Origin: Biomphalaria pfeifferi
Lineage: Eukaryota
Assembly: GCA_030265305.1 (NCBI GenBank)
Contig: JASAOG010000079.1
Coordinates: forward strand, 365,331 to 429,330
DNA: 64,000 nucleotides
Direction: 5' to 3'
In this document: positions 1-12,386 of the stretch, one piece after another
How positions within the stretch are numbered: the first letter of the stretch is position 1
How the letters are laid out: each line of letters starts with the position of its first letter
The notes under the pieces: model-generated
The model's input: only the letters and a program-made list of their open reading frames with translations
Databases searched by the model: none
Told to the model about the DNA's origin: nothing
Translations under genes and position numbers: made by a program

Positions 1-699
1 TTCTATTCTACTAATGGAGGTGGCACTCCCGAGAGGAATGATGAGGAAAGACAAGGGTTCACATCCGCAACCTATGCAATATATTGTTTACTTTGGAAGC
101 ACACAGGAGTACTAGACACTAGGTGATAGCTTTTTTCCCCAAGACGTTTCCACCAGGACTCCACGTTAAGATTACAAAACACATTACCTTGTTTTCTTCT
201 TGGTGTGAAGTGTATGCGCGTGTTGCTTATGTAACCATGAAGAAAGTAGGGCGGATGTTGTGCTTGTGTAAGTTGAAAAGTTTCTGATGAAATCATGAGA
301 TAGTTTTAGCTAGTGAAGACTGGTATGAAAGTGGAAGAATGAGAGTAGCAAGTGACTTGAAACCGACTTGTATTATTTTGTTGTGAGATATATTTTGTTT
401 CAAGTATTATTTCTACTTTCAAGTTGAATCTGTGTACATTTATAAACAAAAAGTTATTTTCTGTTTTGTTGTAAAAGAAGTCTATTCAAGTTTATTGTAA
501 GTCAAACATTAAGAATTAAACATGCCTACATCCATTTAGTTGTAGACTAGCTGTTTGGAGCTACAAACCAACGACCAGGTAATAACACTCCACCTCCTCC
601 TGCTGGTTGGTCTACAGTCTGCATCTTAATGGAATTGAACAAGCTTTCATTCCCTTCCTCTAACTATACAGATGTATAAGATTATAATACTTTATTTGA

Positions 700-960
700 C
701 GTAGCGAGATGGGATTATTTTGTAAGTATTTTTCCCAGCTTAGGCGCCAACTTGCCTTGGCTGACATAGAAGAGAGCAACTGGTTGAATGCGGCCTCAGA
801 ACGAGATAGCTGGAGGTCAATCACAAAGAGAAACACATTTGAGACCAAAAGAAAATCCGCTGCCGAGGACAGACGCATACGGCGAAAAGAAAATCTAAAT
901 CGACCATCTGCGGACAATGGTTACGCTTGCCCTGATAGGGCAAAATATGTAGGTCACATA
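700..960 (+). mobile_element. Family X-related fragment
   Basis: Encodes QLALADIEESNWLNAASERDSWRSITKRNTFETKRKSAAEDRRIRRKENL, homologous to the 3375-3815 tail. Confidence 0.55.
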
Positions 961-1009
961 TTCTTTGTTTACTTTTTGACATTGCACTTGCTGAAATACT
1001 TGCTGAAAG

Positions 1010-1400
1010 TTGTCATAACAAACGAATATTCACATTTGACTAGGGTAACACCATTAGTAAAATCACTAAATTTAGAAAGCCTTCAGGACAGAAGACTCAA
1101 AAGTAAAGTAGCAATTATACATAAAACACTGAACCATAATCTTCAAATACAAAAACAAAATTTAATAAAATACTCTGAAAGACACAAAAATAAAGGCACA
1201 TTCCTCGTCCCATATGCTAGGACAAATTTGTACAAATACTCCTTCTTCCCTAGTGCTATTAGAGCATGGAATGGGTTGCCTGAGCTAGCCAGAAAAACCA
1301 GTGACTTGGCAGAATTTAAGTCATTGGTTAATATGCATGACTAAATGCATGACGCGTAGGACGTAATCATCTTCTTTTTTGAAGTAACGTCTGTATTATA
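1010..1400 (+). mobile_element. LINE family Y 3' fragment
   Basis: Encodes TNEYSHLTRVTPLVKSLNLESLQDRRLKSKVAIIH...SLVNMHD and the conserved 3' UTR gttaatatgcatgactaaatgcatgacgcgtaggacgtaatcatc. The 5' part of ORF 709-1344 is a separate TE fragment (family X). Confidence 0.75.
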
Positions 1401-1799
1401 TAAGAGTTTCACCATTTAAATTGTCTGTGAAATTTCTGCTATGGATTTCTCATTCCTCGCTGAATGAAGCGAATAGGGAGATCACAGCTAGAACTGCATA
1501 GCCACGTGAAATATTGCACTTCTACTTAATGTTTGGACTCATAAAGACGAAATATTATTATTATGTCACATGTACACTGCAACTTTACATACATTCAAAA
1601 TAAATATTTATTTGAATGAGATTTGACTATCAACGAGTGATTAACTCATCTCTTATTCTACTTTGCTACATGTATTTTGATTGCATATTCATTTATTAAT
1701 ATTAACTACAGAGATATAAGAGCTACCACCACCAATCTTATAAATTACAAGGTTTCTTCAAAAACAGAAGCTAAATGCGCACTACCGTGTTCATCAGGT

Positions 1800-2480
1800 C
1801 GTGCATGTTAATTAGAGACTTAAACTTTGATAAGTCGTCGGTTTTCCTGGCTGATAAAGGCAACTCGTTCCATGCTCTCAAGGCAGTAGGGAAGAATTTG
1901 TCCTAGAATATGGAATAATAAATGTGCCATTGCCTTTGTGCCTTTCTGATTATGTTGATAGTTTTTTTTTAAATTCTTAATTTATGCTTCAGTGTTTTGT
2001 GTATTATAATTACTTTATTCTTCTGTTCATATTATAAGTATCTCTAAATTTAGTGCTTAAACTAATGCAATACTCTTTGTCTCAGGTACAGCTGAGGCTA
2101 CGTAGCCACGGAAATACTGCATTCCTCATTAATCTTCGGACTCGAAGACAAGCCTTAGTTTTATTATTTTTCTTGTCAAATGTGAGTATTTATTTGTTAT
2201 ACATTTCATTGCTGTAATTTGCGACTGTACTAGTTTCTTGATTACATTTATCCCAAACAAAGGACGCATATTCTTCTTTTTACCAAGGTTAAATAGCATC
2301 TTGGTTGTATGTTTTTATTTTATTTGTAAACATTTCTTTCCATAAACTCTAATGTTTTGATAGATTTTTAAAACAATATCATCAATATGGGAGTTCCATA
2401 ACTTTTCATTTTTTTTTAGGTATTTAGATTTTTTTATGTAACTGGTTTACCATGAATACCATGAGTAGGCCTAATTTATA
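1800..2480 (-). mobile_element. LINE family Y divergent copy (minus) carrying a small nested family-X fragment at ~2093-2158
   Basis: Reverse-complement similarity to the RT C-terminal/3' region of family Y. The ~65-bp segment cagctgaggctacgtagccacggaaatactgcattcctcattaatcttcggactcgaagacaagccttag matches the 3' end of family X (reverse complement of 27030-27090). Confidence 0.5.
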
Positions 2481-2699
2481 TATTTTTTAGTTGCCTTTTT
2501 TGTGTTACTCGTCATTTTTTTCCGGGTGAAAAAAATATGCTACAGTTTGATTTTGATTTCAGTTTCATCTAATTCTCTTTTTAAAATGTCAGTATCTTGT
2601 GATCTTGGGTTTTTTGGTTCCGCAAGGTTATTAACGCCGGAATTGGTAATGGTTTTAAGCACACCAATGGTATGGGTCTCAAATAATCTCTGACAACCA

Positions 2700-3070
2700 G
2701 TCCATCTCCTGGCCTTCACGTACGGTTTAGATATTGAGCCCAGCGGGCCTGTTACTACTTACAGAAGAAAGGGCGAAGGCGAGCAAGTTGCGCCTAAGCC
2801 AGTAAGCCTTGGCAATGAGGGGCTCGTTAGCTTTTGTTGGCTACTCACCTAAGAGGAGGTAAACTCTGAATACAAACCATCGCTGCCTTTCGGATGTACC
2901 CAAACATTGGGAAAGGCTACCTGAGACAATCCTGAGAATAAATCAGGAATTGGTGAGTGGCTACCCTTATGTAGCTTGCGGCACGCAGTGCTATAACCCG
3001 GCAAAGCTACATCCTGGCAGAACATTCAACGTTACTGATCCCCAACTGTTTCGGATATTTGCATTTTTAT
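2700..3070. repeat. Unclassified interspersed repeat (family Z)
   Basis: Shares cgctgc..tacccaaacat(t)gggaaaggctac..gag.caatcctgag..tgatcccaa.ctgt with 20395-20560. Confidence 0.45.
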
Positions 3071-3276
3071 CCCAAGTCTACGAACTACAAACTATACAGT
3101 GCGGATAGAGAATCTTTGGACTCTGGACCAGACTGCACGATATTTTCCTTAGTCCCATTCCCTTTTTACCATTGACATATAATACTGTTAGTAAGGCGAA
3201 ATCCTGGCACAAGACGTCGCAGAAATACCTATAATACATATTGGAACCACACCCTTTCAGTGGTGCAGGAATTTAC

Positions 3277-3830
3277 CTACTTGGGTTCAACAATTGTCAG
3301 TAACCTAGACTTAGACATCGAGCTGACTTTATGGCAGTGAAAGCTGGTCAACATACATGTACCAATAGCACAGATTGAATAGTTTCCACTTGCGCTGCCT
3401 GAGACGCATAATGGGCATCTCTTGGAGGGACCATGTCTCCAATCAGGAAGTTTTGACATTGGCCAATATGAACAGCATGTATGCTCTCCTGACACAAAGA
3501 AGATTACGCTGGCTTGGACATGTTACCCGCATGCCAAATGGTAGAATCCCGAAAGGTATCTTATATGCTGAGCTTGTGGAAGGAGTCAGACCCAAGGGCC
3601 ACCCAAGACTAACATATAGAGATGTCTGCAAGCGAGACATGAGAGCCACAGGCATCAGCGAAAGTATGTGGGAAAACATAGCCAAAGACAGGAGTGCATG
3701 GAGACAGACTGTGCGTGCTGGGACAACCCTTGCTGAGAACAAAAGAATTGAAGCGGCCTTAAGCAAGAGGGAAAAAAAGAAAGCTGCCCTGCCCGCTAGC
3801 CCTGATTTGATTTGATTTTGGGCACATCGG
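3277..3830 (+). mobile_element. Non-LTR retrotransposon family X, ORF2 C-terminal fragment
   Basis: ORF 3375-3815 encodes ..RRLRWLGHVTRMPNGRIPKGILYAELVEGVRPKGHPRLTYRDVCKRDMRATGISESMWENIAKDRSAWRQTV, a conserved LINE ORF2 C-terminal tail. Confidence 0.7.
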
Positions 3831-4019
3831 CACAATTTAGGCCATGTAGTGCCTGCAGTCCCTCAAGGGCCACTCTCCCTCCACACAACAAGGGCCAAAT
3901 TCCATACAGTAAAATCATTAAAATCAAGGTCTATTCACAGTTAAAATAGTAGAGGTAGTAAAAATTTAATAATTTGGTAAAAATCTAATGTAAATAGTAC
4001 ATGTTTACAAATTCATAAA

Positions 4020-4685
4020 TCAGATCTTCGTAGACAACCCCACTTCCCGGATAAAGCCCAGTACCTTCCCAGGGTCGACATTATTGAATAGTGTTTTTAA
4101 ATTAGTGGCTCTAAAATATTTCTCCCTGACATCCTGGTATCTGGGGCAGTCGATGAGGATATGTTCCACGGTGAGGCGAGAGTCACAATACTCACAAAGT
4201 GGGGGCTCTTCTTTCTTCAGCACAAAAGAGTGTGTGATGTAGGTGTGGCGGCCAATCCTAAGTCTGGACATGGTCGAGCTACCACGCCATGTCAGACCCT
4301 TAGATGTGGACCGCCACCTGACATCCGCCACAATCTGCCTGAGTTTATTGTGAGTCTCAGCCTTCCATCGGTCCTGCCACTCTTGATAGGTGGCAGAGGC
4401 AATACTTTGTCTCAGGTCCGAGCAGGGAATTTGGGTTCCTGACACCGCATGATTTAGGGCTCTATTTGCTTCTCTGTCTGCGGCCGCTAGCCTTGAATCA
4501 GAGGCATACATATGTACGAATTGTGGCAAAGTCTGCCGTTCTAGAATTGGCTTGATTAGCCACACCAGATTCTGCCCCGTCTCAAGATTTAGCCAAAACC
4601 AGTGACTCATTTGGGCGCATCCATTGCCTTTCGAGACAAAAGGAGCCATATATAATACAGATGTAAGTTCTGTCGAGCTATTCAT
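4020..4685 (-). mobile_element. Non-LTR retrotransposon ORF2 C-terminal fragment (third family; Cys-His C-terminal domain)
   Basis: 221-aa ORF with ..RLRIGRHTYITHSFVLKKEEPPLCEYCDSRLTVEHILIDCPRY, typical of LINE ORF2 C-termini. Confidence 0.65.
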
Positions 4686-4884
4686 CCGAGAGCAGCTTTT
4701 GATACAGTTGACTAGAGATCAGATGTGATAAACAGATGATTTAATTAGGTATCTTAGGATATTTCTCAGCTGGTTTGAGATCCGTTTGAGAGTTCGAAAT
4801 AATAGTGAACTTTAATAGATTTCATTCGCACGCATAAAGAAATGCAAAACAAGAAATAGAAAAAAAAAAAAACACTTTATCAAA

Positions 4885-4995
4885 CCAAGAATATGAGTTG
4901 AAATAAACCTAGAGACAAGAATACAAGTTGAAATAAACCTAGAAACAAGAATATGAGTTAAAATAAATCTAGAAACAAAAATATGAGTTGATAAT
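4885..4995. repeat. 30-bp tandem repeat (gttgaaataaacctagaaacaagaatatga)n, ~4 copies
   Basis: Directly visible. Confidence 0.85.
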
Positions 4996-5397
4996 TGAAG
5001 CAACAAAAGTAAGCCACATCCAACATTTACCTATATACCTCTTAGCGTCAAAAAGTTTTAAAAGATAATAATGAATATCTTCACTATATATGCACAGAGT
5101 CAAGCGTTAAATGACTTGCTTGCGAAGCATAGGTAACAGAATTGTAATAAATGAACTAGACAAAAGTAAATACGGAGCTCTAGAAAATCTGATCTTTTTT
5201 AAAAAGTTGTTGGGTTTTAATGGCTGCAAATACTTATGCTACAGTAACCAAGACCTGACCAAAGATGACACATTGGCGAGAAACTGAAGCGAAAATTAGT
5301 TTAACACTTGTGCAATTAGCATCTATATTTAGATTTCAAGAAAACGAAAGTCTAAGAAACGCCAAATTTCGATTGAAATATTTTAACTTACCAAATC

Positions 5398-5509
5398 TGG
5401 CAGGTTTTTGAATCAAAGTATGTGGCATTATTGGGTCTGTGTTGTCCTGTTTCGTTCACACATTTACAGGCGTCCCCCTGAACACACTGACCTTGATGAC
5501 AAAGACATG
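5398..5509 (-). CDS. mucin/VWF-like gene exon (Cys-rich module after the repeat domain)
   Basis: Strong acceptor ttttatttttacag and donor gtaagt, in phase with the PTS exon. Encodes (A)CLCHQGQCVQGDACKCVNETGQHRPNNATYFDSKTCQI. Confidence 0.65.
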
Positions 5510-5618
5510 CTGTAAAAATAAAACAATTGAACAAAGGTGGACAATTGAGCAAAGGTGGACAAGTGAATAAATGCAATTAGGGCATAACTGACTTTAAAGT
5601 AAAGATAAAAACACTGAC

Positions 5619-8270
5619 CTAGTTGACGTGAAATTGTCAAAGAGAGTGCGGCAGCGATAGGCGAGGTCGTAGTATATTGTGTCAGCTTTGTTATTGTTGA
5701 AGTTTCGTTGATATACTTTGCATTTGTAGTGCTTCCTGGCATTTCAAGCGAAGTATATTGTGCCTTTGTAGTCATTTCTTGGGAAAGAGTTGTTTCTTTA
5801 CTCAATTCTGTGATAGAATATTCTAGTGTTGTCTGAATAGTCTTTTCAGTGGTAGTTAATAGTTTCTGTGGTGTTGTTTCAATAGTCTTTTCAGTGGTAG
5901 TTAATACTCGCTGTGGTGTTGTTTTAGTAGTCTTTTCAGTGGTTGTAATTTCTTCCTCTGTTGTTTCTATGGTCTTAGCAGCGGTTGTAAATTCTTTTTC
6001 TGTTGTTTCTTTGGTCTTAGCAGTGGTTGCAAATTCTTCCTTTGTTGTTTCTTTCATCATAGCAGTGGTTGTAAATTCTTCCTTTGGTGTTTCTTTCATC
6101 ATAGCAGTGGTTGTAAGTTCTTCCTTTGGTGTTTCTTTCATCATAGCAGTGGTTGTAAGTTCTTCCTCTGTTGTTTCTATGGTCTTAGCAGTGGCTGTAA
6201 GTACTTCCTCTGTTGTTGTTTCTATGGTCTTAGCAGTGGTTGTAAGTTCTTCCTCTGTTGTTGTTTCTATGGTCTTAGCAGTGGTTGAGAGTTCTTCCTC
6301 TATTGTTGTTTCTTTGGTCGTAGCAGCGGTTGTAAGTTCTTCCTCTGTTGTTGTTTCTATAGTCTTATCAGTGGTTGTAAGTTCTTCCTTTGGTGTTTCT
6401 TTCATTATAGCAGTAGTTGTAAATTCTTCTTTTGTTGTTTCTATGGTCTTAGCAGTGGTTGTAAGTTCTTCCTCTGTTGTTGTTTCTATGGTCTTAGCAG
6501 TGGTTGTAAGTTCTTCCTCTATTGTTGTTTCTATGGCCTTAGCAGTGGTTGTAAGTTCTTCCTCTGTTGTTGTTTCTTTGGTCTTAGCAGCGGTTGTAAG
6601 TTCTTCCTCTGTTGTTGTTTCTAAGGTCTTAACAGTGGTTGTAAGTTCTTCCTCTGTTGTTGTTTCTATGGTCTTAGCAGTGGTTGTAAGTTCTTCCTCT
6701 GTTGTTGTTTCTATGGTCTTAACAGCGGTTGTAAGTTCTTCCTCTGTTGTTGTTTCTATGGTCTTAGCAGTGGTTGTAAGTTCTTCCTCTGTTGTTGTTT
6801 CTATGGTCTTAACAGTGGTTGTAAGTTCTTCCTCTGTTGTTGTTTCTATGGTCTTAGCAGTGGTTGTAAGTTCTTCCTCTGTTGTTGTTTCTTTGGTCTT
6901 AGCAGCGGTTGTAAGTTCTTCCTCTGTTGTTGTTTCTATGGTCTTAGCAGCGGTTGTAAGTTCTTCCTCTGTTGTTGTTTCTATGGTCTTAGCAGCGGTT
7001 GTAAGTTCTTCCTCTGTTGTTGTTTCTATGGTCTTAGCAGTGGTTGTAAGTTCTTCCTCTGTTGTTGTTTCTATGGTCTTAGCAGTGGTTGTAAGTTCTT
7101 CCTCTGTTGTTGTTTCTATGGTCTTAACAGCGGTTGTAAGTTCTTCCTCTGTTGTTGTTTCTATGGTCTTAGCAGTGGTTGTAAGTTCTTCCTCTGTTGT
7201 TGTTTCTATGGTCTTAACAGTGGTTGTAAGTTCTTCCTCTGTTGTTGTTTCTATGGTCTTAGCAGTGGTTGTAAGTTCTTCCTCTGTTGTTGTTTCTTTG
7301 GTCTTAGCAGCGGTTGTAAGTTCTTCCTCTGTTGTTGTTTCTATGGTCTTAGCAGCGGTTGTAAGTTCTTCCTCTGTTGTTGTTTCTATGGTCTTAGCAG
7401 CGGTTGTAAGTTCTTCCTCTGTTGTTGTTTCTATGGTCTTAGCAGTGGTTGTAAGTTCTTCCTCTGTTGTTGTTTCTTTGGTCGCAGAAGCGGTTGTAAG
7501 TTCTTCCTCTGTTGTTGTTTCTATGGTCTTAGCAGTGATTGTAATTTCTTCCTTTGTTGTTTCTTTCATCTTAGCAGTGGTTGTAAATTCTTCCTCTGTT
7601 GTTTCTATGGTCTTAGCAGTGGTTGTAAATTCTTCCTTTGTTGTTTCTATGGTCTTAGCAGTGGTTGTAAGTTCTTCCTCTGTTGTTTCTTTCATCAAAG
7701 CAGTGGTTGTAAATTCTTCCTTTCTTGTTTCTGTTGTTTCTATGGTCTTAGCAGTGGTTGTAAGTTCTTCCTTTGGTGTTTCTTTTGTCTTAGCAGTGGT
7801 TGTAAGTTCTTCCTCTGTTGTTTCTTTGGTCTTAGTAAAGGTTGTAATTTCTTCCTCTGTTGCTTTTTTTGTCTTATCAGTGGTTGTACTTACAGTAATT
7901 TCTGTAGTTATTTCTGGTACAATTGTTTCTGTAACTTTTTCAGAAATTGTAGAAATGTTTGGCACAAATGTTTCTGTAACTTTTTTAGAAACTGTTGTGA
8001 TTTCTGGCGCAAATGTTTCTGTAACGTCTTCAGAAACTGTTGTGTTTTCTGGCCCAAATGTTTCTGTAACTTTATCGGAAACTGTTTTGATTTCTGGTGG
8101 AAATGTTTCTGTAGCTTCTTCAGAAACTGTTGTGATTTCTGGCGCAAATGTTTCTGTTACTTCTTCAAAAACTGTTGTGATTTCTGGCGCAAATGTTTCT
8201 GTAACTGCTTCAGAAACTGTTGTGATTTCTGGTGCAAATGTTTCTGTAACTTTTTCATGAACTGTAGTAT
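5619..8270 (-). CDS. mucin/VWF-like gene exon: Thr/Glu-rich tandem-repeat (PTS-like) domain
   Basis: Acceptor ttattttatcaactgcag (2-nt start, in phase with the previous exon) and donor gtcagt. 884 codons open in one frame. Made of ~14-aa VTETFAPEITTVSE repeats then ~45 copies of a 15-aa TTTEEELTTTAKTIE repeat (45-bp DNA period). Confidence 0.75.
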
Positions 8271-9087
8271 CTGCAGTTGATAAAATAATTTTGGACAAGC
8301 TTATGATGTGTTATTATTGCTTACCATCATGATAGTCATAGAAATACTAGGCCACATGTTGTGAATCATCCCAGTTTGTTTCCAAACGTTTTGATCACAT
8401 TGTATTCAACTAAGAAATTAACTTGGGGAATATATAAAATGGTTTCTATTTTTTAAACTGTGTTTCAAGTGTTCATTTAAATGACAGCAAATTTTTTTTG
8501 GTTAAATAATTCCTCTTATTAGCTGGCAAACTCTTCATGGGTGGGCGGACACGACTCTAACGATTTTCCCAGAAGTTTGACAGTTTATCTATATCTTAAA
8601 GGAAAAAAAAGAGGGTGGGGAATAGTTATTACAAGCAAACTAACCATTCTTACAAAAAGTCTTTAGCTTTATAAAAGGAGTAATAGCCTTTTTAAAGAAA
8701 TAATTTGTGACAAATTTTACTTGTTTTTATAGCACAACCACAATGAATCTGAATAGAAGAAATGTATTTAAAACTAAAGTGTTTTCTGAGTTAATTTTAC
8801 AATTCCTTTTATTTACATTACACAATTTTTTACTGTTTTCACCCGAGTCTTTCAAAAAAGAGACATGCTTTTTGTTCACAATCGGTCACATAAAATCTCA
8901 GTTGTTAATAAAATAGTCAGGTAAATTAATTATTTAATTATGATCATTAAAATTTATATGTCATAAATGAAAGTGTACATACTATATTTTGAGTATAAAA
9001 GGAATACTTTAATGTAACGTTCATGTAGTTGTGTAGGTGGGTCTCTGTATGCATATATACTTAATTCCTAAATATTTCTATAATTAC

Positions 9088-9260
9088 CCAGCTCTAAACA
9101 TTCATCTGAAGACTCATCTGATCCATCTTCACAATCTTGGACTTCATCACAAACGCTGCTGTTTGAAATGCATTTATGACTCTCAAGACATTCAAACTGA
9201 TCGATGTGACACTTGGTGCAGTTTTCACCAGTACATAGAAATACTCCTCCTTGGCAGACA
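9088..9260 (-). CDS. mucin/VWF-like gene exon (E module end + LDLa-like Cys/acidic module)
   Basis: Acceptor ttcttctag and donor gtaatt. Encodes (C)VCQGGVFLCTGENCTKCHIDQFECLESHKCISNSSVCDEVQDCEDGSDESSDECLEL, an LDL-receptor class A pattern (CxxxxFxCxxxxCIxxxxxCDxxxDCxDGSDE). Confidence 0.75.
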
Positions 9261-9479
9261 CTAGAAGAAATTGTGGGAAATAGTGGAACATCTTAAAATA
9301 ACAAGAGCTTTATATTGATATAAAATTGTGCAGTATTCCCACTTCACAGGAGCTATAAATAGACATGAACCTAGGAACACATGAGATTTTAACTTATAAA
9401 ACACTGAACTCCTCCCCCAGACTATATCTAGTATTAAACATATGAAACAAATTTCAATATTCCTTTTGACCGTAGCTGT

Positions 9480-9840
9480 AATAGTGTTATGGAGTGGGTT
9501 TGTGAGTTTCATAGGTAACGGAAGAAAGCATAGTGATAGGTTGTGAATGGTGCAAGATAAACGGCATTGTCGTCAGCGGTCTTAGACAGTACAGATGACT
9601 CCAGAAAGCCAGACTGAAATGACGTGTTAATGGAGTGGGTAAGACTTTGTTCAGAATACCATTTTATATTATTACTAAAGTCTACTAAACTTATTGCATT
9701 TCATCTCAAGTTTAACTTGTTAACATTGTATGAAAATTATATTTAGTATTGTTCACAAAGAAGTTATTCAAGTTATTTCAAGTTTTATAAATTAAGATAT
9801 AATATGCCCAGAGAGGTTTGAAAGTCATGATCATGTATAT
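9480..9840. repeat. Unclassified interspersed repeat, copy 1 (paired with 15380-15850)
   Basis: Shared segments ggcattgtcgtca..ggtctta.acag.. and attattactaaagt..ttgttcacaa.gaagttattcaagttatt...taaaatataata.gcc.agag.ggttt. Confidence 0.45.
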
Positions 9841-9954
9841 GTTCTCTAAAACCTTCTAAATAATGTTCTCGTTTATATTTCACTTTAATGCATTTATTAA
9901 AGACTAGATCTGAAGTACCAAAAAATAAATATAATACAAAATGGGATTTTTATT

Positions 9955-10140
9955 TTCGGGATGTTTGGGTGCCTCTGAGTTCACCCAGCTTTAATGGGTA
10001 CCTGACACTAGCTGGGGAAAAGTAAAGGCCATTGGTCGTTGTGCTGATCTCATGATACCCTCGTTAAATGTGGGACATAGGAACAGATGACCTTTACAAT
10101 ATCTGCCCTATAGATCGCAAGGTCTGAAAAGGGAACTATA
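9955..10140 (+). mobile_element. SINE family A, 5'-truncated copy
   Basis: Body motifs gggtacctgacactagctgggg..ggtcgttgtgctgatctcatgataccctcgttaa..atctgccctatagatcgcaaggtctgaaaag. Confidence 0.7.
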
Positions 10141-10273
10141 CTTTTTAAACTGTTTAGACATAAGTGCTTTGTTTACTGTACATGAAATAATTGTTACACT
10201 AGTGATTATGCATAAAACTGTATCAGAGTGATACAATGTGATATAGAATATAGATGTAGTAGATTGTATTTAC

Positions 10274-10365
10274 CAATTCATGCAGTCAACAATGTTCACA
10301 GAGTCAGCATCATACCATCGCCCGTTGTGATAGCATGGGCATTCATTTGGAGAGATACAGCTTGA
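10274..10365 (-). CDS. mucin/VWF-like gene exon (TIL end + E module)
   Basis: Acceptor ctaaagag and donor gtaaat. Encodes SSCISPNECPCYHNGRWYDADSVNIVDCMN. Phase-2 end plus T of the next exon gives Cys. Confidence 0.8.
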
Positions 10366-10979
10366 CTCTTTAGAAAAAAAAAAAAGAGAAAGAGATAAAG
10401 AGACGGAGTGAACTAGATAATTCAAAACATTAAATTCATCCTTTGACTAGCAATACTTTAAGTTTCATATTCGCATTTTGTCATAATATAAATCTAATGT
10501 TTCGTTTTCTTAGGTCTTTATTAAGGCTCTTACAAGATTTGTTTATTGTAAAACAAAAACAATCAAAAAAAAAAAAACAACAACAACAAAGAATGCTAAA
10601 TGAAGTTTTCTAAAAGACCTAGAAATATTAGTCATTACTAATAATTGTAAAAGTATTTAATTGACATATTGTCGAGCTTTTCCTTTTGCAAACATTTAAT
10701 ACATGATATAATGAACAGTGAACAAAATTGAATTCCCTTTCGCGAATTGTTACTTTAATTTAATTAAAATAATTTCAAACAGTGCAAAGAAGATACATAT
10801 ATATATATATAAATATATATATATTGCTACAGTTGTAAAGAGCTACATAGTTAGACACTAACATGGGTACAAAGAATACACAGGAAAGAATCCTATTTGT
10901 TTTTTAACTGTGTGATATGTTTTTTAACATATACACAGTCTGATAAAATATTCACAAAGACACAAAGATAAATGCACAT

Positions 10980-11100
10980 TTCTTATTCCATAATGCTGGG
11001 ACAAAATGGTACAGGTGATCCTTCTTTCCTAGTGCCATTAGAGCATGGAATGATGGACCAGATTGCCTGAATCAACCAAGAAAACCAAAGTCAGAGGTTA
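10980..11100 (+). mobile_element. LINE family Y-related divergent 3' fragment
   Basis: Similar to the ..KGTFLVPYARTNLYKYSFFPSAIRAWN coding region (gcacatttcttattccataatgctgggacaaaatggtac..agcatggaatg). Confidence 0.4.
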
Positions 11101-11394
11101 TGATCGGACAAAACTGTAGGCTTGTAATCTAATTGTGAATTCCTTTATTGTCTTATTGTTTGCTGATGTGATGACTCTCATAAGCAAGCACTGCTAGATT
11201 AACAATTAGATACGTAATTATCTTCTGTCAAGAAGGATCGTCTGTAATTTATAACAAGATAAGATAAGAGTGACACTTTTAACATATTTGTTTTAGTTTT
11301 ATACAATTACTAGAAAAACTAACTAGGCTTAGAATAGAACAGCCCTTAATTTAAGCTGATGCCAATTTAACCACAGTGATACATACCTTATATA

Positions 11395-11560
11395 AAGTCT
11401 TGACATATAAGGTCTAGCAATGTAATTCTTACCATGTAAGGTCTGGTAATGGAGCTACTTGCTATGTTAGGTTTGGCAATGGACCTAATTACTATGTATG
11501 GTCTGGCTATGGAGCTACTTACAATGTAAGGTCTGGCAATGGAGCTACTTACCATGCAAA
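11395..11560. repeat. ~31-bp tandem repeat (aaggtctggcaatggagctacttaccatgt)n, ~5 copies, in the intron next to exon 11563-11702
   Basis: Directly visible. Confidence 0.85.
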
Positions 11561-11562
11561 AC

Positions 11563-11702
11563 CTGACCAGTAGGACAGAAGCATCCTTCTACTTGGACAT
11601 GAGTTAGACAATTCGCGGACGTATTCTTTGAAATATCATAGCAGGTCATGTGACAAGGTGCATCTTTGGCCTGGTACACCATTCCTCCTTCACACTGTAC
11701 AG
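11563..11702 (-). CDS. mucin/VWF-like gene exon (TIL domain)
   Basis: Acceptor cattttag and donor gttttg. Encodes (P)VQCEGGMVYQAKDAPCHMTCYDISKNTSANCLTHVQVEGCFCPTGQ. Confidence 0.85.
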
Positions 11703-11879
11703 CTAAAATGAATAGATGATGATGAAATGATTAAGTAGTTTTTTCCCTCAGAAAAAAAATGCAAGTCAAAATGCACGATTTATTACCAATCTGTCTCCTG
11801 CTCGCCAGTCAGGCTCTTAGAGTTTATAGTATAACTATCATTCGGTAGATATTATAATATAGTTGAAATTTTTAAGGAA

Positions 11880-12060
11880 GTTTTATTATTAATTTTGTGT
11901 GGCTGCCTGGTCGTGTTGTATGCGCGCTGGACTGTCGCCCGGTCGTCTAGATGGTCCTGTATTCATAACCTGCCCCACAGCTATCCCCCGTCATACTGCG
12001 TAGGTTTGCACTCTGGTGTAAATAATCTTCAGCTCTGAAGGAACCTCCGAAACAAATGCA
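11880..12060 (+). mobile_element. tRNA-derived SINE family B copy
   Basis: ggctgcctggtcgtg..gcgcgctggactgtcg..then conserved tail ..cagctctgaaggaacctccgaaaca. Confidence 0.65.
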
Positions 12061-12386
12061 CAAATATTTTAGAAAACATTTTTATTATCGGAAAATGTTA
12101 CAGCTAGATACCTATGTTTCATACATGTAGTCCAGCCTTTTTGATGAATCGTAACTTAAATACATGCTATAGAAAGATATAAAATGTTAAACAATTTTAG
12201 CGATGTTATCAGAAGGAATTAAAGCATATTTACATTAAATTTCAATATAAAACGCTGTTGCAAATGTCTCTGTCATCAGAATCGCTAAGTTACATTATTA
12301 TTAATTTTGTACAATATAGACTTGGCCAATGTTGGTAATCAACCTACAACATTAGGGCTGACATTAAAATGTTCAAATCCACCTAC

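Noticed and set aside
709-1344. 211-aa ORF presented as a single protein
   Set aside because: Chimeric read-through of two unrelated TE fragments (family X tail at 709-960 fused to the LINE-Y RT C-terminus at 1010-1344). The start is an alternative codon from the ORF caller.
5849-8260. 803-aa plus-strand ORF (MVVNSF...VVSSSS repeats)
   Set aside because: It is the antisense reading of the 45-bp Thr/Glu-rich tandem repeat. Low-complexity repeats are open in several frames. The minus-strand frame is the one spliced in phase to the flanking Cys-rich exons.
8281-8340. Tiny upstream exon ATGACTATCATGATG + gtaagc as a start codon or first exon for the PTS exon
   Set aside because: Phase and acceptor could not be reconciled. 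The PTS exon is instead cleanly joined (2-nt start) to the LDLa-like exon that ends in phase 1.
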